A stretch of 62,730 nucleotides of DNA from Opitutus sp. GAS368 (GTDB lineage Bacteria > Verrucomicrobiota > Verrucomicrobiia > Opitutales > UBA953). This document shows, piece by piece, positions 7,097 through 18,956 of this stretch (the stretch's first letter is position 1; each line of letters begins with the position of its first letter). Below the pieces are notes generated by a model, which worked only from the letters and a program-made list of their open reading frames with translations, was not told the DNA's origin and searched no databases. Both the position numbers and the translations under genes were made by a program. The stretch covers positions 1 to 62,730 of the forward strand of contig CAMCWL010000001.1 of the NCBI GenBank assembly GCA_945882655.1. The letters are read 5' to 3'.

Positions 7097-8843
7097 GCTG
7101 GGTTTCGATGTCCCGCAGCAAGGTCTCCCGGTTGCCAGAAAACAGGTAGACGTCTGAGCCGAGGCGCCGCAGCGCGGATTGGAGGACTTCCTTCGAAGGT
7201 CGACGGTTTACCATCAGGCGGCGTAGGTAGGTCTCGAGGTCGGCCGCGATGCGGGGATGGTCGAGTTTCAGTTGCACAATCTGTTGCAGCACGGCTTGGC
7301 TGCTCTCGTTCTGAAGATGGGCTTGGATAAGGACGTCGTTGGCCTCGTCGAAGCGCTTAGCGATGATGAGTTTACGGCTCGCCGAAATCAGCACCTGCGG
7401 GGGCACCTTCCGGTTCTGCATTAGTTTCTGTAGGTTGATGGAGCCAATCTCCGTCTGGCCGTCGGCAAAGTAGGCGATGGTGCGCAGGGCCTCGAAGGCC
7501 ATCCGCGTCTCGGCGACCCACTGGTCCCGCTCCGCCTGCTTGTAGAGGTCATCCACGAGCAGGATGGTCTCCCGTGCGCGGCCGGCGTTCAGTAGGCATT
7601 CTACGTGGACGAGATCGAAGCGGACGCGATTGGTGAAGCGGCGGTCTTTGGCGAGTTTCGCCAAGCGGGCGGTGAGGGTGACATCGGCGGTTTCGTTGCC
7701 AAAGCGTGCGAGGTCGAGCATCGCTTGCTCTTGGTTGCCGTAGCGGGCGACGACTTTTTCCACGATGGCCGATCGGGCGGAACGGTTGGCTTCGCCGGGC
7801 AGGAGGTGGAGCGACTGGATGAGTGGCCCGGGTTTGTCCGGCAGGCTGATCGTCAGTAGGTCGAGGCAATCCTTGGCGCGCGAAAGCTCGCCGTTTTCCT
7901 TCAGCCAGCGGGCCTTCATTTCGAGCAGCCTGATGCCGGCAGGATAGGCCGCGAGGGCGGCGTCGATTTCAGCGAGGGCGCCGCTGCGGTCGCCGCTCTC
8001 CCAAAGAATCTGGCAGTTGAGCAGGTAGCCATCGGCGGTCTGGTCGAGGCGGTAGTCCTTGATGAACTTCAAAGCCTCGGTGAAGTTGCCGCGAAGGAAG
8101 TGGGCCTGGGCCACCGCGATTTGGAGGTCCGCCAGGATTTCGGGCGAGACTTCCTTGTCCCCCAGATACTTGTCCGCGGTTGCGATCAGTCGTGCGTCTT
8201 GATCGAGCATGAAGCAACGGGTGATGTACTGGCGGAAATAAACCGGATTCTTCTTGGCGAACACGAGGGACTCCTCGAGCAACTGATAGGCATCGACGGG
8301 TCTTTGGAACTGGAAGAAAAGATCCGCGCAGAGCCGCTGGGCATCGAGGTTGGCCGGGGCAAGTTGCGCCCCCGTGCCGATATATTTGGCGAACTCGGCG
8401 TAGTCCTGTCGCCCGAGCGCCGCCTTGGCGACGCTGATGAAATACTCCCCCTTGCGGTAGAGATGCGCCGAGCGGCCATACGAATCCTTGACCGTGAGGA
8501 GCTTCGCGCGCTCCCGGAGGCGGATCTGTTCCTTGTCGTAGAAGAGGTTGGTGGCGGAGTTGACCACGGTATCCGGCAGATAGAGATACATGTCAGCCCG
8601 GCGCGTGGTCGGGATGCCGTTCATGTAGCGCTCCTTGAAGTAGTTCGCTTCCGATAAGGCTACCCACAGCGTCAGGAGGAAGATTGGGGAGAGTAGGGCG
8701 ATTCGCTTCCAGTTTGGGCGATACTTGCGCTCCTTGTAGCCGATGACCTCGACGATGACCATCCCCAGCAGGATAGGGTAGCTCGAGCGTGAACTCTGCC
8801 CTTGGCCGTAGACGTAATGGGGGTCGGCTGACATGCCTGCCAC
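7089..8843 (-). CDS. Membrane-anchored TPR-repeat protein, function unknown
   Basis: 584 aa. Two N-terminal hydrophobic helices are followed by helical-repeat sequence resembling TPR throughout. The start is GTG 8843 or ATG 8834. Confidence 0.6.
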   Translation of the reverse strand: MAGMSADPHYVYGQGQSSRSSYPILLGMVIVEVIGYKERKYRPNWKRIALLSPIFLLTLWVALSEANYFKERYMNGIPTTRRADMYLYLPDTVVNSATNLFYDKEQIRLRERAKLLTVKDSYGRSAHLYRKGEYFISVAKAALGRQDYAEFAKYIGTGAQLAPANLDAQRLCADLFFQFQRPVDAYQLLEESLVFAKKNPVYFRQYITRCFMLDQDARLIATADKYLGDKEVSPEILADLQIAVAQAHFLRGNFTEALKFIKDYRLDQTADGYLLNCQILWESGDRSGALAEIDAALAAYPAGIRLLEMKARWLKENGELSRAKDCLDLLTISLPDKPGPLIQSLHLLPGEANRSARSAIVEKVVARYGNQEQAMLDLARFGNETADVTLTARLAKLAKDRRFTNRVRFDLVHVECLLNAGRARETILLVDDLYKQAERDQWVAETRMAFEALRTIAYFADGQTEIGSINLQKLMQNRKVPPQVLISASRKLIIAKRFDEANDVLIQAHLQNESSQAVLQQIVQLKLDHPRIAADLETYLRRLMVNRRPSKEVLQSALRRLGSDVYLFSGNRETLLRDIETQLK

Positions 8844-8886
8844 GATGTTCCCGCTCCCCTCGGGGCGGGCAAGAGCGGATTGCCCG

Positions 8887-10890
8887 TCAGAGGCTCGCCG
8901 CCGCCTCTTGGGCGGTCTGGACGGGCGCGAGGCAGGTCTGGCCTACGCAGACGGCAAAGCTGGTCGTAGCAGGCTCTGAGATAAGAAAGACAGGCCGGTA
9001 GGGTCGCGTCTGCGGGGCGGTCCGTTCGTCTCCGTTGAGGGCAACTCGCAGTTCATCCCATCGGCCGGACGCTTTGACCGTCGCATGACCGATGGCGAAG
9101 CGGGCGATACCATCTAGGGCGTGGGCAACGCCGTTGGGCACGTTCTTGCAGAGGCCTCCGTAGGCGGTGGAAAGGTCGGCGAACTCACGCGCCCAGCGGG
9201 TATCCATGGAAAGCATCTGGATCTGCCCGAAGCCATGGAGGAGCGAGGAGTTGCCCGCGGGGACGGCGTTGTCGAACCAGTCTTTCTGGCGGACGGAAAG
9301 GTCGTCACGGTCGGCCGGGACGACGAAGGAGCCGACGGAATGCGGATCGCCGAATAGAGTCTGAGAGGCCAACAGGAGGCGCTCGGCTCGGTCGGCGTAA
9401 GGATGGGACAAACCTGGGCGGACCCAGTGGGCGTAGGCGGCCAAGGCGAGCTCCGCTTCGACGAGCCAGGCGTAGTCGCTCAAGTTGCCATCGAGCGTGA
9501 CCTTTTCGCCGTGGGCGACGGAGTGAAGCCGCAGGTCGTCTCGTCCGGCGAAGCGTGTCCACAGGTTCGCTTCAATCTCAATGGCGAGTTCGACCCATTC
9601 CTTGCGCCCGAGGATCCAGCCGGCCTTGGCGAGATTGCCGACGAGCAGGGCGTTCCAGCTCAGGAGATTCTTATCGTCACGGGCAGGCTGCGGGCGCTGA
9701 TCGCGGAGGGCGAGGAGTTTGGCTCGCGCAGCGGCGAAGCGTTGCCGCGCCGCATGGTCGCCCTTGAGCTTAGGAATGTTCTTCCCCTCGAAATTACCCT
9801 TATCCGAAAGGCCGTAGGCCTGGGCGAAGGCGAAGGCTTCGTCGCCGAGGGCGGCCGCTACTTCCGGCGCGGTCCACACGTAGGTAGTGCCTTCGTGGTG
9901 ATCGGTATCGGCATCGAGCGAGGCGGCGAACAGTCCGTTGGCGGTGCGCATCTCACGGAGCATCCAGTTCACGGTCTCGATGCAGACGTCGACGTAGAGC
10001 GGATCGCGGTAGCGGGCCCAGGCTTCGGCGTAGGTGCCGAGCAACTGGGCGTTGTCATACAGCATCTTCTCGAAGTGCGGGACGGTCCAGTCGCGGTCGA
10101 CGCAGTAGCGGTGGAAGCCGCCGCCGACCTGGTCGAATAAGCCGCCGCGGGCCATGGAGCCGAGCGTGATGGTCAGGACGGCATCGATGCGGGAGGCGAG
10201 CGCGCGGTCGGCTTCGACCGCTGCGGCGCCGCGCAGGCCGAGTAAAAGGTTCAGGGTGTGCGGGGTGGGGAACTTAGGTGCGGCGCCGAAGCCTCCGAAG
10301 GTGTCATCATGCTGCTCGCAGATTCGTCGGGCGGCGGCCACGAGGTCATCAGGCGTGGGGGCGTTGCCATCAGCGTCTGGCGCACGCGTGAGGTGCGTGA
10401 GGTTCTGCGCGATGGCGTCGGCGTTGGCGGCGAGCTCGGACTTGTTGCGATGGTAGAAGTCCGACACGCGCATGAGCAGCTGAGGCCAAGGGACCTGACT
10501 GTGCCCGCGGTCTTCGGGCGGGAAGTAGGTACCGCCAAAGAAGGGGCGTCCGTCTGGCAAGCAGAAGCAGTTGAGCGGCCACCCGCCGTGGCCTTGGATC
10601 ATCTGCACGGCGTCCATCATCAACTTGTCGACTTCAGGGCGTTCCTCGCGGTCGACTTTAATGCAAACGAAATGCTGGTTCATCAGGTCAGCGATCCAGG
10701 GCTGCTCAAAGGATTCGCGGGCCATCACGTGGCACCAGTGGCAGGAGGAGTAGCCGACCGACACCCGTACGGGCTTATCCTTGGCCTTGGCCTCCGCGAA
10801 GGCCTCGGCGCACCAGGGCCACCAATGCACGGGGTTGGCCTCGTGTTGGCGGAGGTAGAGCGAGCTTTCGTGGGCCAGGCGGTTCGACAC
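8887..10890 (-). CDS. Thioredoxin-domain protein of the YyaL/DUF255 family (thioredoxin-like N-terminus, six-hairpin C-terminus)
   Basis: Carries [59 protein letters not shown], the hallmark of the family. The proposed start is GTG 10890 (VSNRLAHE). The ORF-track start at 11247 would overlap mutL by 190 nt. Confidence 0.75.
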   Translation of the reverse strand: MSNRLAHESSLYLRQHEANPVHWWPWCAEAFAEAKAKDKPVRVSVGYSSCHWCHVMARESFEQPWIADLMNQHFVCIKVDREERPEVDKLMMDAVQMIQGHGGWPLNCFCLPDGRPFFGGTYFPPEDRGHSQVPWPQLLMRVSDFYHRNKSELAANADAIAQNLTHLTRAPDADGNAPTPDDLVAAARRICEQHDDTFGGFGAAPKFPTPHTLNLLLGLRGAAAVEADRALASRIDAVLTITLGSMARGGLFDQVGGGFHRYCVDRDWTVPHFEKMLYDNAQLLGTYAEAWARYRDPLYVDVCIETVNWMLREMRTANGLFAASLDADTDHHEGTTYVWTAPEVAAALGDEAFAFAQAYGLSDKGNFEGKNIPKLKGDHAARQRFAAARAKLLALRDQRPQPARDDKNLLSWNALLVGNLAKAGWILGRKEWVELAIEIEANLWTRFAGRDDLRLHSVAHGEKVTLDGNLSDYAWLVEAELALAAYAHWVRPGLSHPYADRAERLLLASQTLFGDPHSVGSFVVPADRDDLSVRQKDWFDNAVPAGNSSLLHGFGQIQMLSMDTRWAREFADLSTAYGGLCKNVPNGVAHALDGIARFAIGHATVKASGRWDELRVALNGDERTAPQTRPYRPVFLISEPATTSFAVCVGQTCLAPVQTAQEAAASL

Positions 10891-11056
10891 GTCTGGAAGG
10901 TTGGCATCCTTCGGCAGGGTGCAACAAAGACCGTTTCCGAGCCGTTCGACTTGCAGGGGAGGGGGCGAAGGGCAAAGGTTCGCGGGTGCCTTCCGTCCGC
11001 CCCAGCCGCGTCCTCGGCCGTCCCCTCGGACGGTCTGCGGCCAAGCCTGCCTGACC

Positions 11057-12787
11057 ATGTCGACCATCCGCATCCTTGAGCCGACAGTGGCCAACCAGAT
11101 TGCCGCCGGTGAAGTGGTGGAACGCCCGGCTGCGGTCATCAAGGAACTGCTGGAAAACTCGCTCGACGCCGACGCGCGTCGCGTGACGGTCGATTTCTCT
11201 CGGGGCGGCAAGGCCCAGATGATTGTCGAGGACGACGGGAAGGGCATGACGGGCGATGAAGCGCTGCTGAGCCTTGAGCGTCATGCGACCAGCAAGATCC
11301 AGGTGGCTTCCGACCTCGACCGCATCGCGACCTTCGGTTTCCGCGGAGAAGCGCTTCCCTCCATTGCGAGCGTGGCCCGCTTCACGATGCAGACCCGTCC
11401 GGCCTCCGCGCCTTCGGGCACCGAAATCGCGATCAATGGCGGTAAGCTGGTGCACCGGCGTGACCATGGGATGGCGCCAGGTACGCGCATTGAGGTTTCC
11501 AATCTTTTCCATCCGGTCCCGGCTCGGCTGAAGTTCCTGAAGTCCGATGAGACCGAGGCGGCTCATATCGTGCGTCTGGTGCGTCTCTACGCCATCGCTC
11601 ATCCTGAAGTCGGTTTCCTTCTGCGCGAAGGCGGCCGCGAAATCTTCCGCTCGCCGGGTAATGCGCCGCTACTGGATCGTGTCCGCGAAATCTGGGGCCG
11701 TCAGGTAGCCGAAGAGGTCACGATTATGCCTTCCTTTGCCCGTCCAGGCATGCGCCTCAGTGGCCTACTGGGCAAGCCGGGCGTGAGTCGTGGTACGCGT
11801 CAGGATCTGGTCACGGTCGTCAACGGCCGACCAGTCGATAGCCGCACGATGGCCTTTGCGCTGACCGAGAGTTATCACACGCTCATTCCCAAGGGGCGTT
11901 ACCCGCTGGCGTTCGTCTTCCTGGAGATGGATCCGGCGTGGGTCGACGTGAACGTCCATCCCGCCAAGCGTGAGGTACGTTTTCGCGACGAAGCCAAGGT
12001 GCGAAATTTCCTGATCGAATCCGTCCTCGCGGTCCTGCGCGCCCGTGCTGACGACGGTCTGCCGGCTACAACGATTCCGTCTGTGTCCACGGCGACGCCG
12101 CTGACAGCTCCCGCTGTGCCGACGCTGAGCTCGCCGGTCTCAGCGAGCGGAACGCCGGCAGCGTACGTGCCGCCTTCTGCCGTTCCAGCTCAGCCGAATC
12201 ATGCGCCGGCGGTCCGCCTCGGTTGGCGCCTGCTTTCCCGTCTGCGCGAAGAGCGGGCCGTTTTCGAGACGCCCACGGGCTTGGCCATCCTCGACATCGG
12301 GGCAGCGCACCAGCGCGTGCTTTACGAATCCATCCTCGCGCAGTTCACCGCGCAGAAGCCGGTCAGCCAGCCGATGCTCGTGCCGCTGAGCATCGAGCTC
12401 GAGCCGTTGCCTGCCGCGGTGCTCAAGGAACGGATGCCGCTACTATCCTCCGCTGGTTTCGATTTTGAAGAATACGGCCGCAACTTCTGGCGGATTCAGG
12501 CTCTCCCTGCATGGCTCGAGCCAGAGGACGCCTTGGCCTTCGTCCGCGACTTGCTGGCCGAGATGGCCCGCCGCGAAGGCGACTTCGGTCGTCCCTCGCT
12601 GGCCTATGATGCCCTCGCCAAGATTGCTGTCATCAAGGCTCGCCGCAAGGGCGACAGCCTTTCGGACGGCGAATTGATGGAGCTCGTGCAGGCGTTGTTC
12701 CATACCGTCCAGCCCGGCAGTTGCCCGCGTGGACGTCGGACCTATGTCGAGTGGACGGATGCCGACCTGACGCGCCGTTTCGGCTGA
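11057..12787 (+). CDS. mutL: DNA mismatch repair protein MutL
   Basis: [38 protein letters not shown] begins at ATG 11057. The GHKL ATPase motifs and C-terminal dimerisation region are present. Confidence 0.95.
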   Translation: MSTIRILEPTVANQIAAGEVVERPAAVIKELLENSLDADARRVTVDFSRGGKAQMIVEDDGKGMTGDEALLSLERHATSKIQVASDLDRIATFGFRGEALPSIASVARFTMQTRPASAPSGTEIAINGGKLVHRRDHGMAPGTRIEVSNLFHPVPARLKFLKSDETEAAHIVRLVRLYAIAHPEVGFLLREGGREIFRSPGNAPLLDRVREIWGRQVAEEVTIMPSFARPGMRLSGLLGKPGVSRGTRQDLVTVVNGRPVDSRTMAFALTESYHTLIPKGRYPLAFVFLEMDPAWVDVNVHPAKREVRFRDEAKVRNFLIESVLAVLRARADDGLPATTIPSVSTATPLTAPAVPTLSSPVSASGTPAAYVPPSAVPAQPNHAPAVRLGWRLLSRLREERAVFETPTGLAILDIGAAHQRVLYESILAQFTAQKPVSQPMLVPLSIELEPLPAAVLKERMPLLSSAGFDFEEYGRNFWRIQALPAWLEPEDALAFVRDLLAEMARREGDFGRPSLAYDALAKIAVIKARRKGDSLSDGELMELVQALFHTVQPGSCPRGRRTYVEWTDADLTRRFG

Positions 12788-14773
12788 TCAGCGGTGGCCC
12801 TTGTGGCGCTTCGGCGAAGCCGGCTTGCCGGTGCGCAACGCTTCAATCTGGTCGCGTAGATTCGCCGCGCGTTCGAACTGAAGTTCGTCCGCCGCCGCCA
12901 GCATCTCGGTTTCCATGTCGGACAGGACGCGCGCGATGTCGCGGTCGTCGGTGCCTTCGGCCACCGCGAGGGCTTCGTCGGCTTCGAGGTCCACGAGGCT
13001 TTCCTCGATCTTACGGCTCGTGCTCTTCGGGGTGATGCCGTACTTCGTGTTATGGGCTTCCTGGCGCTTGCGGCGGTCGCCGCAGATGGTGAGCGCACGC
13101 GTGAGGGATTTCGTCATCACATCGGCGTAGAGCAGGACCTTGCCTTCGACGTGGCGCGCCGCGCGGCCGGAGGTCTGGATGAGGCTCGTCTCGCTACGGA
13201 GGAAGCCTTCCTTGTCGGCGTCGAGGATACCCACGAGCGCGACTTCGGGAAGGTCGAGGCCTTCGCGGAGGAGATTGACGCCGACGAGGACGTCGAAGGA
13301 GCCGGCGCGCAGGCGGCGGAGAATCTCGACGCGTTCAATCGCATCGATGTCGGAGTGCAGGTATTCGACCTTAAGTCCGCTATCCCGCATGAAGTTGGCG
13401 AGGTCTTCGGACATCCGCTTCGTGAGCGTCGTGACGAGGGTACGGAAGCCGCGGGAAGCGACGGCTTTGGCCTCGCCGATGATGTCCTCGACCTGACCCG
13501 CGATCGGGCGCACTTCCATGACCGGGTCGAGCAGGCCCGTCGGGCGGATGACCTGCTCAGCGATGACGGACGAAACCTTGTATTCGTGCGGCGCAGGCGT
13601 GGCGGAGACGTAGACCGCCTGGTCCACAATCACGTCGAACTCTTCTGGGCGTAGTGGCCGATTCTCGAGGGCGGAGGGCAGGCGGAAGCCGAACTCGACG
13701 AGGCGTTCCTTGCGAGCGCGGTCGCCGTGGTACATCCCGCCAATCTGCGAGACCGAGACGTGACTTTCATCGATGAAGACCAGCTTATCTTTCGGGAAGA
13801 AGTCCAAGAGGCAGTGCGGGCGTTCGCCAGGGCGGCGGCCTGACATGTGCATCGAGTAGTTCTCGATACCAGGGCAGAAGCCCGTCTCGCGGAGCATCTC
13901 GAGGTCGTGCTCCACGCGCATCCGGATACGTTGGGCTTCCACGAGGCGGTTCGTCTTCTCGAAATGATCGACGCGTTCTTCGAGCTCGGCGCGGATAGCG
14001 GCCGCGGCAGCTTTCACCCGACCCGGGGCCATCACGTATTGGTTGGCCGGATAGAGGTCGAACTTCTGGAGCTGCTTGCCCGGCTTCACGCTCACGGGAT
14101 CGAGCTCACGGATAGCCTCAAGCGTATCGCCCCAGAATTCCAGGCGGACCGCGGACTCCATGTAGGCCGGCCAGACATCAATCGTCTCGCCGCGGGCGCG
14201 GAAGTTACAGCGCTCCAGGATGGCGTCGTTGCGGACGTATTGATTGGCGACGAGTTTCGCGAGGAGTTCGTCGCGGCGCATCGTCATGCCGGTCTTAAGC
14301 GCGATCATCGCGGCCAGGAAATCCTCGGGTGAGCCGAGGCCGTAGATGCAGGAGACCGAAGCGATTACCACGACGTCGCGGCGGGAGAGCAGGGCGCTAC
14401 TGGCGCTGATGCGCAGGCGTTCGATGTCCTCGTTGATGGCCGAATCCTTCTCGATGAAGGTGTCCGTCGACGGCACGTAGGCTTCCGGCTGATAGTAGTC
14501 GTAGTAGCTGACGAAGTATTCGACCGCGTTCTCGGGGAAGAAGTTCTTGAACTCCGAGTACAGCTGCGCGGCCAGCGTCTTGTTGTGCGAGATGATGAGC
14601 GCCGGGCGCTGCTGCTGCACAATCAGGTTCGCCATCGTGAACGTTTTACCCGAACCCGTCACGCCGAGGAGCGTTTGGCGCGCGTTGCCAGCACGCAAGG
14701 AGGCTTCGAGCGCGGCGATTGCGGTCGGCTGGTCGCCCATCGGGCGGTAGTCGGATTTGAGACGGAATTCCAT
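12788..14773 (-). CDS. uvrB: Excinuclease ABC subunit B
   Basis: 661 aa. Has [10 protein letters not shown] (Walker A), helicase motifs and the C-terminal UVR motif [13 protein letters not shown]. Confidence 0.97.
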   Translation of the reverse strand: MEFRLKSDYRPMGDQPTAIAALEASLRAGNARQTLLGVTGSGKTFTMANLIVQQQRPALIISHNKTLAAQLYSEFKNFFPENAVEYFVSYYDYYQPEAYVPSTDTFIEKDSAINEDIERLRISASSALLSRRDVVVIASVSCIYGLGSPEDFLAAMIALKTGMTMRRDELLAKLVANQYVRNDAILERCNFRARGETIDVWPAYMESAVRLEFWGDTLEAIRELDPVSVKPGKQLQKFDLYPANQYVMAPGRVKAAAAAIRAELEERVDHFEKTNRLVEAQRIRMRVEHDLEMLRETGFCPGIENYSMHMSGRRPGERPHCLLDFFPKDKLVFIDESHVSVSQIGGMYHGDRARKERLVEFGFRLPSALENRPLRPEEFDVIVDQAVYVSATPAPHEYKVSSVIAEQVIRPTGLLDPVMEVRPIAGQVEDIIGEAKAVASRGFRTLVTTLTKRMSEDLANFMRDSGLKVEYLHSDIDAIERVEILRRLRAGSFDVLVGVNLLREGLDLPEVALVGILDADKEGFLRSETSLIQTSGRAARHVEGKVLLYADVMTKSLTRALTICGDRRKRQEAHNTKYGITPKSTSRKIEESLVDLEADEALAVAEGTDDRDIARVLSDMETEMLAAADELQFERAANLRDQIEALRTGKPASPKRHKGHR

Positions 14774-14774
14774 C

Positions 14775-15440
14775 TCAGCCTAGGCGTCCGCGGGCGAGCC
14801 ACTGCGGGTCGACCTCCGAAAGGTCCTTCACGATGCGATGGGCGCCGACGGGCTCCAGCTGTTCGCGGGTATTGGTCGTCGCGAGGGCGATCGTGATGAA
14901 CCCGCCGGAGAGGCCGGCCTGCAGGCCTGAGAAGGAATCCTCGAAGACGAAGGACGTCGCCGGGTCGCCGCCGCCGAGGGCGCAGGCCTTGAGGAAGACT
15001 TCTGGGTCGGGCTTACCCTTCGTGACGTCTTCGCTGGCCACCGCACCGGCGAAGAAGTGGCCGATGCCGAAGAGCTCGAAGGACAGCGCGAGGTTCTCCT
15101 TGTGCGTCGAGGTACCGATTACGCAGGGGATGCCGAGGTCGTTGAGCGAGCCGCAGAGTTCGCGGACGCCGGGGAGCAGGCGGACATGGCCGGTGCGCGC
15201 GATGTCGCGATAGAGGGCCTCCTTGCGATGAGACAGGCGCTTCACTTCGGCCGGATCGCGCGACCAATTTAGGATGTCGGGGATAATCAGCTCGTTGCGC
15301 TTGCCGAAGCCACGTTTGAAATGATCAGCTGGCAGGGGGAGGTTCTCTTCCTTGGCCAAGGCTTCCCAGGAGCGTTCATGGGCGACGGAGGAGTCGATGA
15401 CGACTCCGTCCCAGTCAAAGACAGCGACAGTGCGGGGCAT
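14775..15440 (-). CDS. HAD-IA family hydrolase (beta-phosphoglucomutase / phosphoglycolate phosphatase-like)
   Basis: Has VFDWDGVVIDS (DxDG motif I), GTST (motif II) and KGKPDPEVF...FEDSFSG (motifs III/IV). Confidence 0.8.
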   Translation of the reverse strand: MPRTVAVFDWDGVVIDSSVAHERSWEALAKEENLPLPADHFKRGFGKRNELIIPDILNWSRDPAEVKRLSHRKEALYRDIARTGHVRLLPGVRELCGSLNDLGIPCVIGTSTHKENLALSFELFGIGHFFAGAVASEDVTKGKPDPEVFLKACALGGGDPATSFVFEDSFSGLQAGLSGGFITIALATTNTREQLEPVGAHRIVKDLSEVDPQWLARGRLG

Positions 15441-15443
15441 GGA

Positions 15444-16922
15444 TCAGTGCTTGTCCCAAGGCAGCGTGACCTTGATCGGACGATGCTCCCAGACATTGAA
15501 GGGTTCGAAAATCTGGCCGGGTGCGAGGATGCCGTTCGGGTCGAGGGCCTTCTTGATTGCGAGCATCGCGCCGATTTCGGCCGGCGTGTGCTGCAGGCTG
15601 AGGAACGGGGACTTCGCGAGGCCGATACCGTGTTCACCCGTGATCGCGCCGCCGAGCTCGACGACCTTTTCCATGACTTCGCGGATGGCCAGCTCGGCCT
15701 TGCGACAGTGCTCTGGATTGAAGCGATCGTACATGATGTGCACGTGGAAGTTGCCGTCCGCTGCATGTCCGAAGGTCGGTGTCGCCAGACCGAAGCGATC
15801 GCGGACCTCGCGGGTAAAGCGGAGGAGGGCGACGTAACTGCGGATCGGCACGACGACGTCCTCGTTGAGCTTAGCATCGCCGAGGGCGAACATTGCCTGC
15901 GAGCAGGTGCGACGGAGTTCCCAGAGCGATTCGGCTTCCGCTTCTCCTTCGGGGGCACGGAAGGCGACTGCATGTCGCTTGGCCCAGGCGATGACCTTGA
16001 CCGCATCATCGGAGAGGGCGGCGGGGTGTCCGTCGATCTCGACGAGCAGCGCCGCGTGCGTCTCGGCGGAGCCGGCCAGTTCGCTGTCGGTTAAGACGCG
16101 CTGGCCGCGGCGTTTCTCCGTGGCGGCGACCGTCTGGACGTCGAGAAACTCGAGCACCGAAGGGTTCACGCGCAGAGAGATGAGTTCAATGGCCGCTTCG
16201 AGCGCAGCTTCATCGGTGCGGAAGGCCAGCAGGAAGGTGCGCCGGGCGGCGGGCAGGACGGAAAGTTTGAGGGTCGCTTTGGTGATGACGCCGAGCGTGC
16301 CTTCGGAGCCGATCCACAAGTCGCGCAGGTTGAGGCCGCTGACGAACTTGCGGAGCGGGGCGGCCCAGCGGACCTTCTCGCCGGTCGGGAGGAAGCCTTC
16401 GAGGGCGTAGACGTGGTCGCGGACGACGCCGTATTTGGCCGCGCGTAGGCCGCCTGCATTAGTGGCGATATTTCCGCCGATGCTACAGTGCTTCACCGAC
16501 GACGGGTCCGGCGGAAAGAAGAGCCCGTGCGGAGCGGCGAGATCGTTGATGTGTGCCGTGATCGCGCCGGGCTGCACCGTCGCCATCGACGAGACCGGAT
16601 CGATCTCAATTTTGTCCCAGTGGTCGAGGTGGATGACCCAGCCGCCCTTGATGGGGGCGCAGGCACCGGTCGTGCCGGTGCCGCGGCCGCGGACCGTAAC
16701 CGGGACGCGGTGTTCGTTGGCGAGCTTCAGCGTGATGGCGATATCGTCTTCCGTCGCCGGGCGGACGACCGCCTCGGGCATGAAAGACAGGCGCATGTTA
16801 TCGAACGAGGCGGCGAAGCACGCGGCTTCGTCGGTCAGGACGACCTGCGGACCCAGCTTCGCCAGGAGGGCCTGGGTGGCGGCGGGATGCGTCTGCGCGG
16901 AAGGGCTCACGCCTTCCATCAA
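15444..16922 (-). CDS. FAD-binding oxidoreductase, GlcD/D-lactate dehydrogenase family
   Basis: 492 aa. Has the FAD_binding_4 signature RGRGTGTTGA..GG and the C-terminal GGAITGEHGIGLAK motif. Confidence 0.85.
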   Translation of the reverse strand: MMEGVSPSAQTHPAATQALLAKLGPQVVLTDEAACFAASFDNMRLSFMPEAVVRPATEDDIAITLKLANEHRVPVTVRGRGTGTTGACAPIKGGWVIHLDHWDKIEIDPVSSMATVQPGAITAHINDLAAPHGLFFPPDPSSVKHCSIGGNIATNAGGLRAAKYGVVRDHVYALEGFLPTGEKVRWAAPLRKFVSGLNLRDLWIGSEGTLGVITKATLKLSVLPAARRTFLLAFRTDEAALEAAIELISLRVNPSVLEFLDVQTVAATEKRRGQRVLTDSELAGSAETHAALLVEIDGHPAALSDDAVKVIAWAKRHAVAFRAPEGEAEAESLWELRRTCSQAMFALGDAKLNEDVVVPIRSYVALLRFTREVRDRFGLATPTFGHAADGNFHVHIMYDRFNPEHCRKAELAIREVMEKVVELGGAITGEHGIGLAKSPFLSLQHTPAEIGAMLAIKKALDPNGILAPGQIFEPFNVWEHRPIKVTLPWDKH

Positions 16923-16928
16923 GCAGGG

Positions 16929-18893
16929 TTAGCCCAGTTCGGCAAGCCACGCCGTCGCCTCGGCGTCGGAAGGCATGCGCCAATCGCCGCGGGGGGACAG
17001 GGCCAGCGAGCCCACCTTGGGGCCGTCCGGCATGGCCGAGCGCTTGAACTGCTGGCTGAAGAAGCGGTTCAGGAAAGAGCGGAGCCAGTGGCGGATCTCC
17101 GCCTGATCATATTTCCCGGCAAACGCGTGCTCGGCGATCCAGAGGACCTTCGAGGGGCGGAAGCCGTTGCGGATGATGTGGTAGAGGAAGAAATCGTGGA
17201 GCTCGTACGGTCCGACCAGCATCTCCGTCTGCTGGGCAATCTCGCCATCGTCGCCCGGAGGCAGCAGCTCAGGGCTGACGGGGGTCGCCACGATGTCCTC
17301 GAGGATGGAGCGTTCGGTGCCGACGTGGCGGGCGTGGGCGGCCCAGCCGACGAGGTGCTTCACCAAGGTCTTTGGCACGCCGATGTTCACGTGGTACATC
17401 GACATGTGGTCGGCGTTGAACGTGCACCAGCCGAGCGCGGCTTCGGAAAGATCGCCGGTACCGATGACGAAGCCGTGGCTCTGGTTGGCGACGTCCATCA
17501 GGATCTGCGTGCGCTCGCGGGCCTGGGCGTTCTCGAAGGTGACATCGTGCTTGCCGGGCGGATGCTGGATGTCGCGCAGGTGCTGCTCGACGGCTTCGTT
17601 GATCGGGATCTCGCGGGCGGTGATGCCGAGCGTCTCCATCAGGCGCATCGCGTTGACGCGCGTGCGGGCTGACGTGCCGGGGCCGGGCATCGTGAGTCCG
17701 ATGATACCCTTGCGGTCGAGGCCGAGGCGATTGAAGGCTTCGAGCGTGACGAGCAGGGCGAGCGTCGAATCAAGGCCTCCCGAGACACCGATGACGACGT
17801 GTTTGAGGCCCGTGTGGCGGATGCGGCGAGCGAGGCCCGTGGACTGAATCGCGAAGATTTCCTGACAGTTCTCGTCGCGACGGTGCGGGTCCGACGGTAC
17901 GAACGGATGTTGGCTGTAACGGCGACGCAACTTAGGTGTCTGGCCGGTCGGCACGCCGAGGGTGAAGCCGATGACGCGTGGGCGGACGGCCACGGGGGCG
18001 CCGAAGAAGGTGCTATTACGACGGCGTTCAGCCGCGAGGCGGTCGAGGTCGATCTGTGAGACGATCAGCGCGAGATCGAAGCGGAAGCGCTCGGATTCGC
18101 CGAGGACGACGCCGTTCTCAGCGATGAGGCCGTGACCGCTGTAGACGATGTCGGTGCTCGATTCGCCGGCGCCGGCGGCGGCGTAGACGTAAGCGGCGAG
18201 GCAGCGGGCAGACTGCGACTTCACTAGGTCGCGGCGGTAGGCGGCCTTGGTGAGGAGCTCGTCGCTGGCGGAAAGGTTACAGAGCAGGGTGGCGCCGGCG
18301 AGGGCTTGGGCTCCGCTCGGAGGTTCGACGGCCCAGAGGTCTTCGCAGATCTCAATGCCGAGCATGCAGTCTGGCATGTCGGTCGCCTGGAAGAGGAGGT
18401 CGGTGCCGAAGGGCACCTTCTGGCCGAGGAGTTCGATTTCAGCGACCGGGGCGACCCGGGCTGAGGCGAACCAGCGCTGTTCGTAGAATTCCCCGGTGTT
18501 CGGGAGGTGGGTCTTCGGGACGACCCCGAGGATCTTGCCGCGGGAGACTGCGACGGCCACGTTGAAGAGGCGTCCATTGACCTCCAGAGGGGTGCCGACG
18601 AGGGCGGTGAGGCCAAGCTTCGCGGTAGCCTCGCAAACCTGCCCTAGGGCCTTTACGGCGCCGTTAAGGAGGGTCCGCTGGCCGAAGAGGTCACCACAGC
18701 TGTAGCCCGTGAGGCAGAGCTCAGGGAGAACGACAATTTCCACCCCCTCTTGGGCGGCTTTTTCCAGGGCCTGGATAATCAGGGTGGCGTTGGCCGCAGG
18801 GTCCCCCAGGCGGAGGGCCGGCGAGGCGGCCGCCACGGTCACAAAACCGTTCTGGTGGATGCGGTTGGACATCAAAGGACTGGTAACCGTCAT
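16929..18893 (-). CDS. nadE: Glutamine-dependent NAD+ synthetase (long form: nitrilase-like plus synthetase domains)
   Basis: An N-terminal CN-hydrolase domain (EICEDLW) is followed by the SGGLDS PP-loop. The start is trimmed to ATG 18893 (or 18872), because the ORF-track start at 19232 overlaps thrB. Confidence 0.9.
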   Translation of the reverse strand: MTVTSPLMSNRIHQNGFVTVAAASPALRLGDPAANATLIIQALEKAAQEGVEIVVLPELCLTGYSCGDLFGQRTLLNGAVKALGQVCEATAKLGLTALVGTPLEVNGRLFNVAVAVSRGKILGVVPKTHLPNTGEFYEQRWFASARVAPVAEIELLGQKVPFGTDLLFQATDMPDCMLGIEICEDLWAVEPPSGAQALAGATLLCNLSASDELLTKAAYRRDLVKSQSARCLAAYVYAAAGAGESSTDIVYSGHGLIAENGVVLGESERFRFDLALIVSQIDLDRLAAERRRNSTFFGAPVAVRPRVIGFTLGVPTGQTPKLRRRYSQHPFVPSDPHRRDENCQEIFAIQSTGLARRIRHTGLKHVVIGVSGGLDSTLALLVTLEAFNRLGLDRKGIIGLTMPGPGTSARTRVNAMRLMETLGITAREIPINEAVEQHLRDIQHPPGKHDVTFENAQARERTQILMDVANQSHGFVIGTGDLSEAALGWCTFNADHMSMYHVNIGVPKTLVKHLVGWAAHARHVGTERSILEDIVATPVSPELLPPGDDGEIAQQTEMLVGPYELHDFFLYHIIRNGFRPSKVLWIAEHAFAGKYDQAEIRHWLRSFLNRFFSQQFKRSAMPDGPKVGSLALSPRGDWRMPSDAEATAWLAELG

Positions 18894-18956
18894 GTTCACC
18901 GTTGACCGATGGGGAGGCAACCCGAAAGGTCTGCCCACCCCTGTTAAAGGGGCCTT

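Noticed and set aside
10891-11247. N-terminal 119 codons of ORF 8887-11247, overlapping the mutL start
   Set aside because: The YyaL/DUF255 family begins at the NRLA..S.YL.QH motif, and GTG 10890 sits right there. The extension is Ser/Arg/Pro-rich and would overlap mutL by 190 nt.
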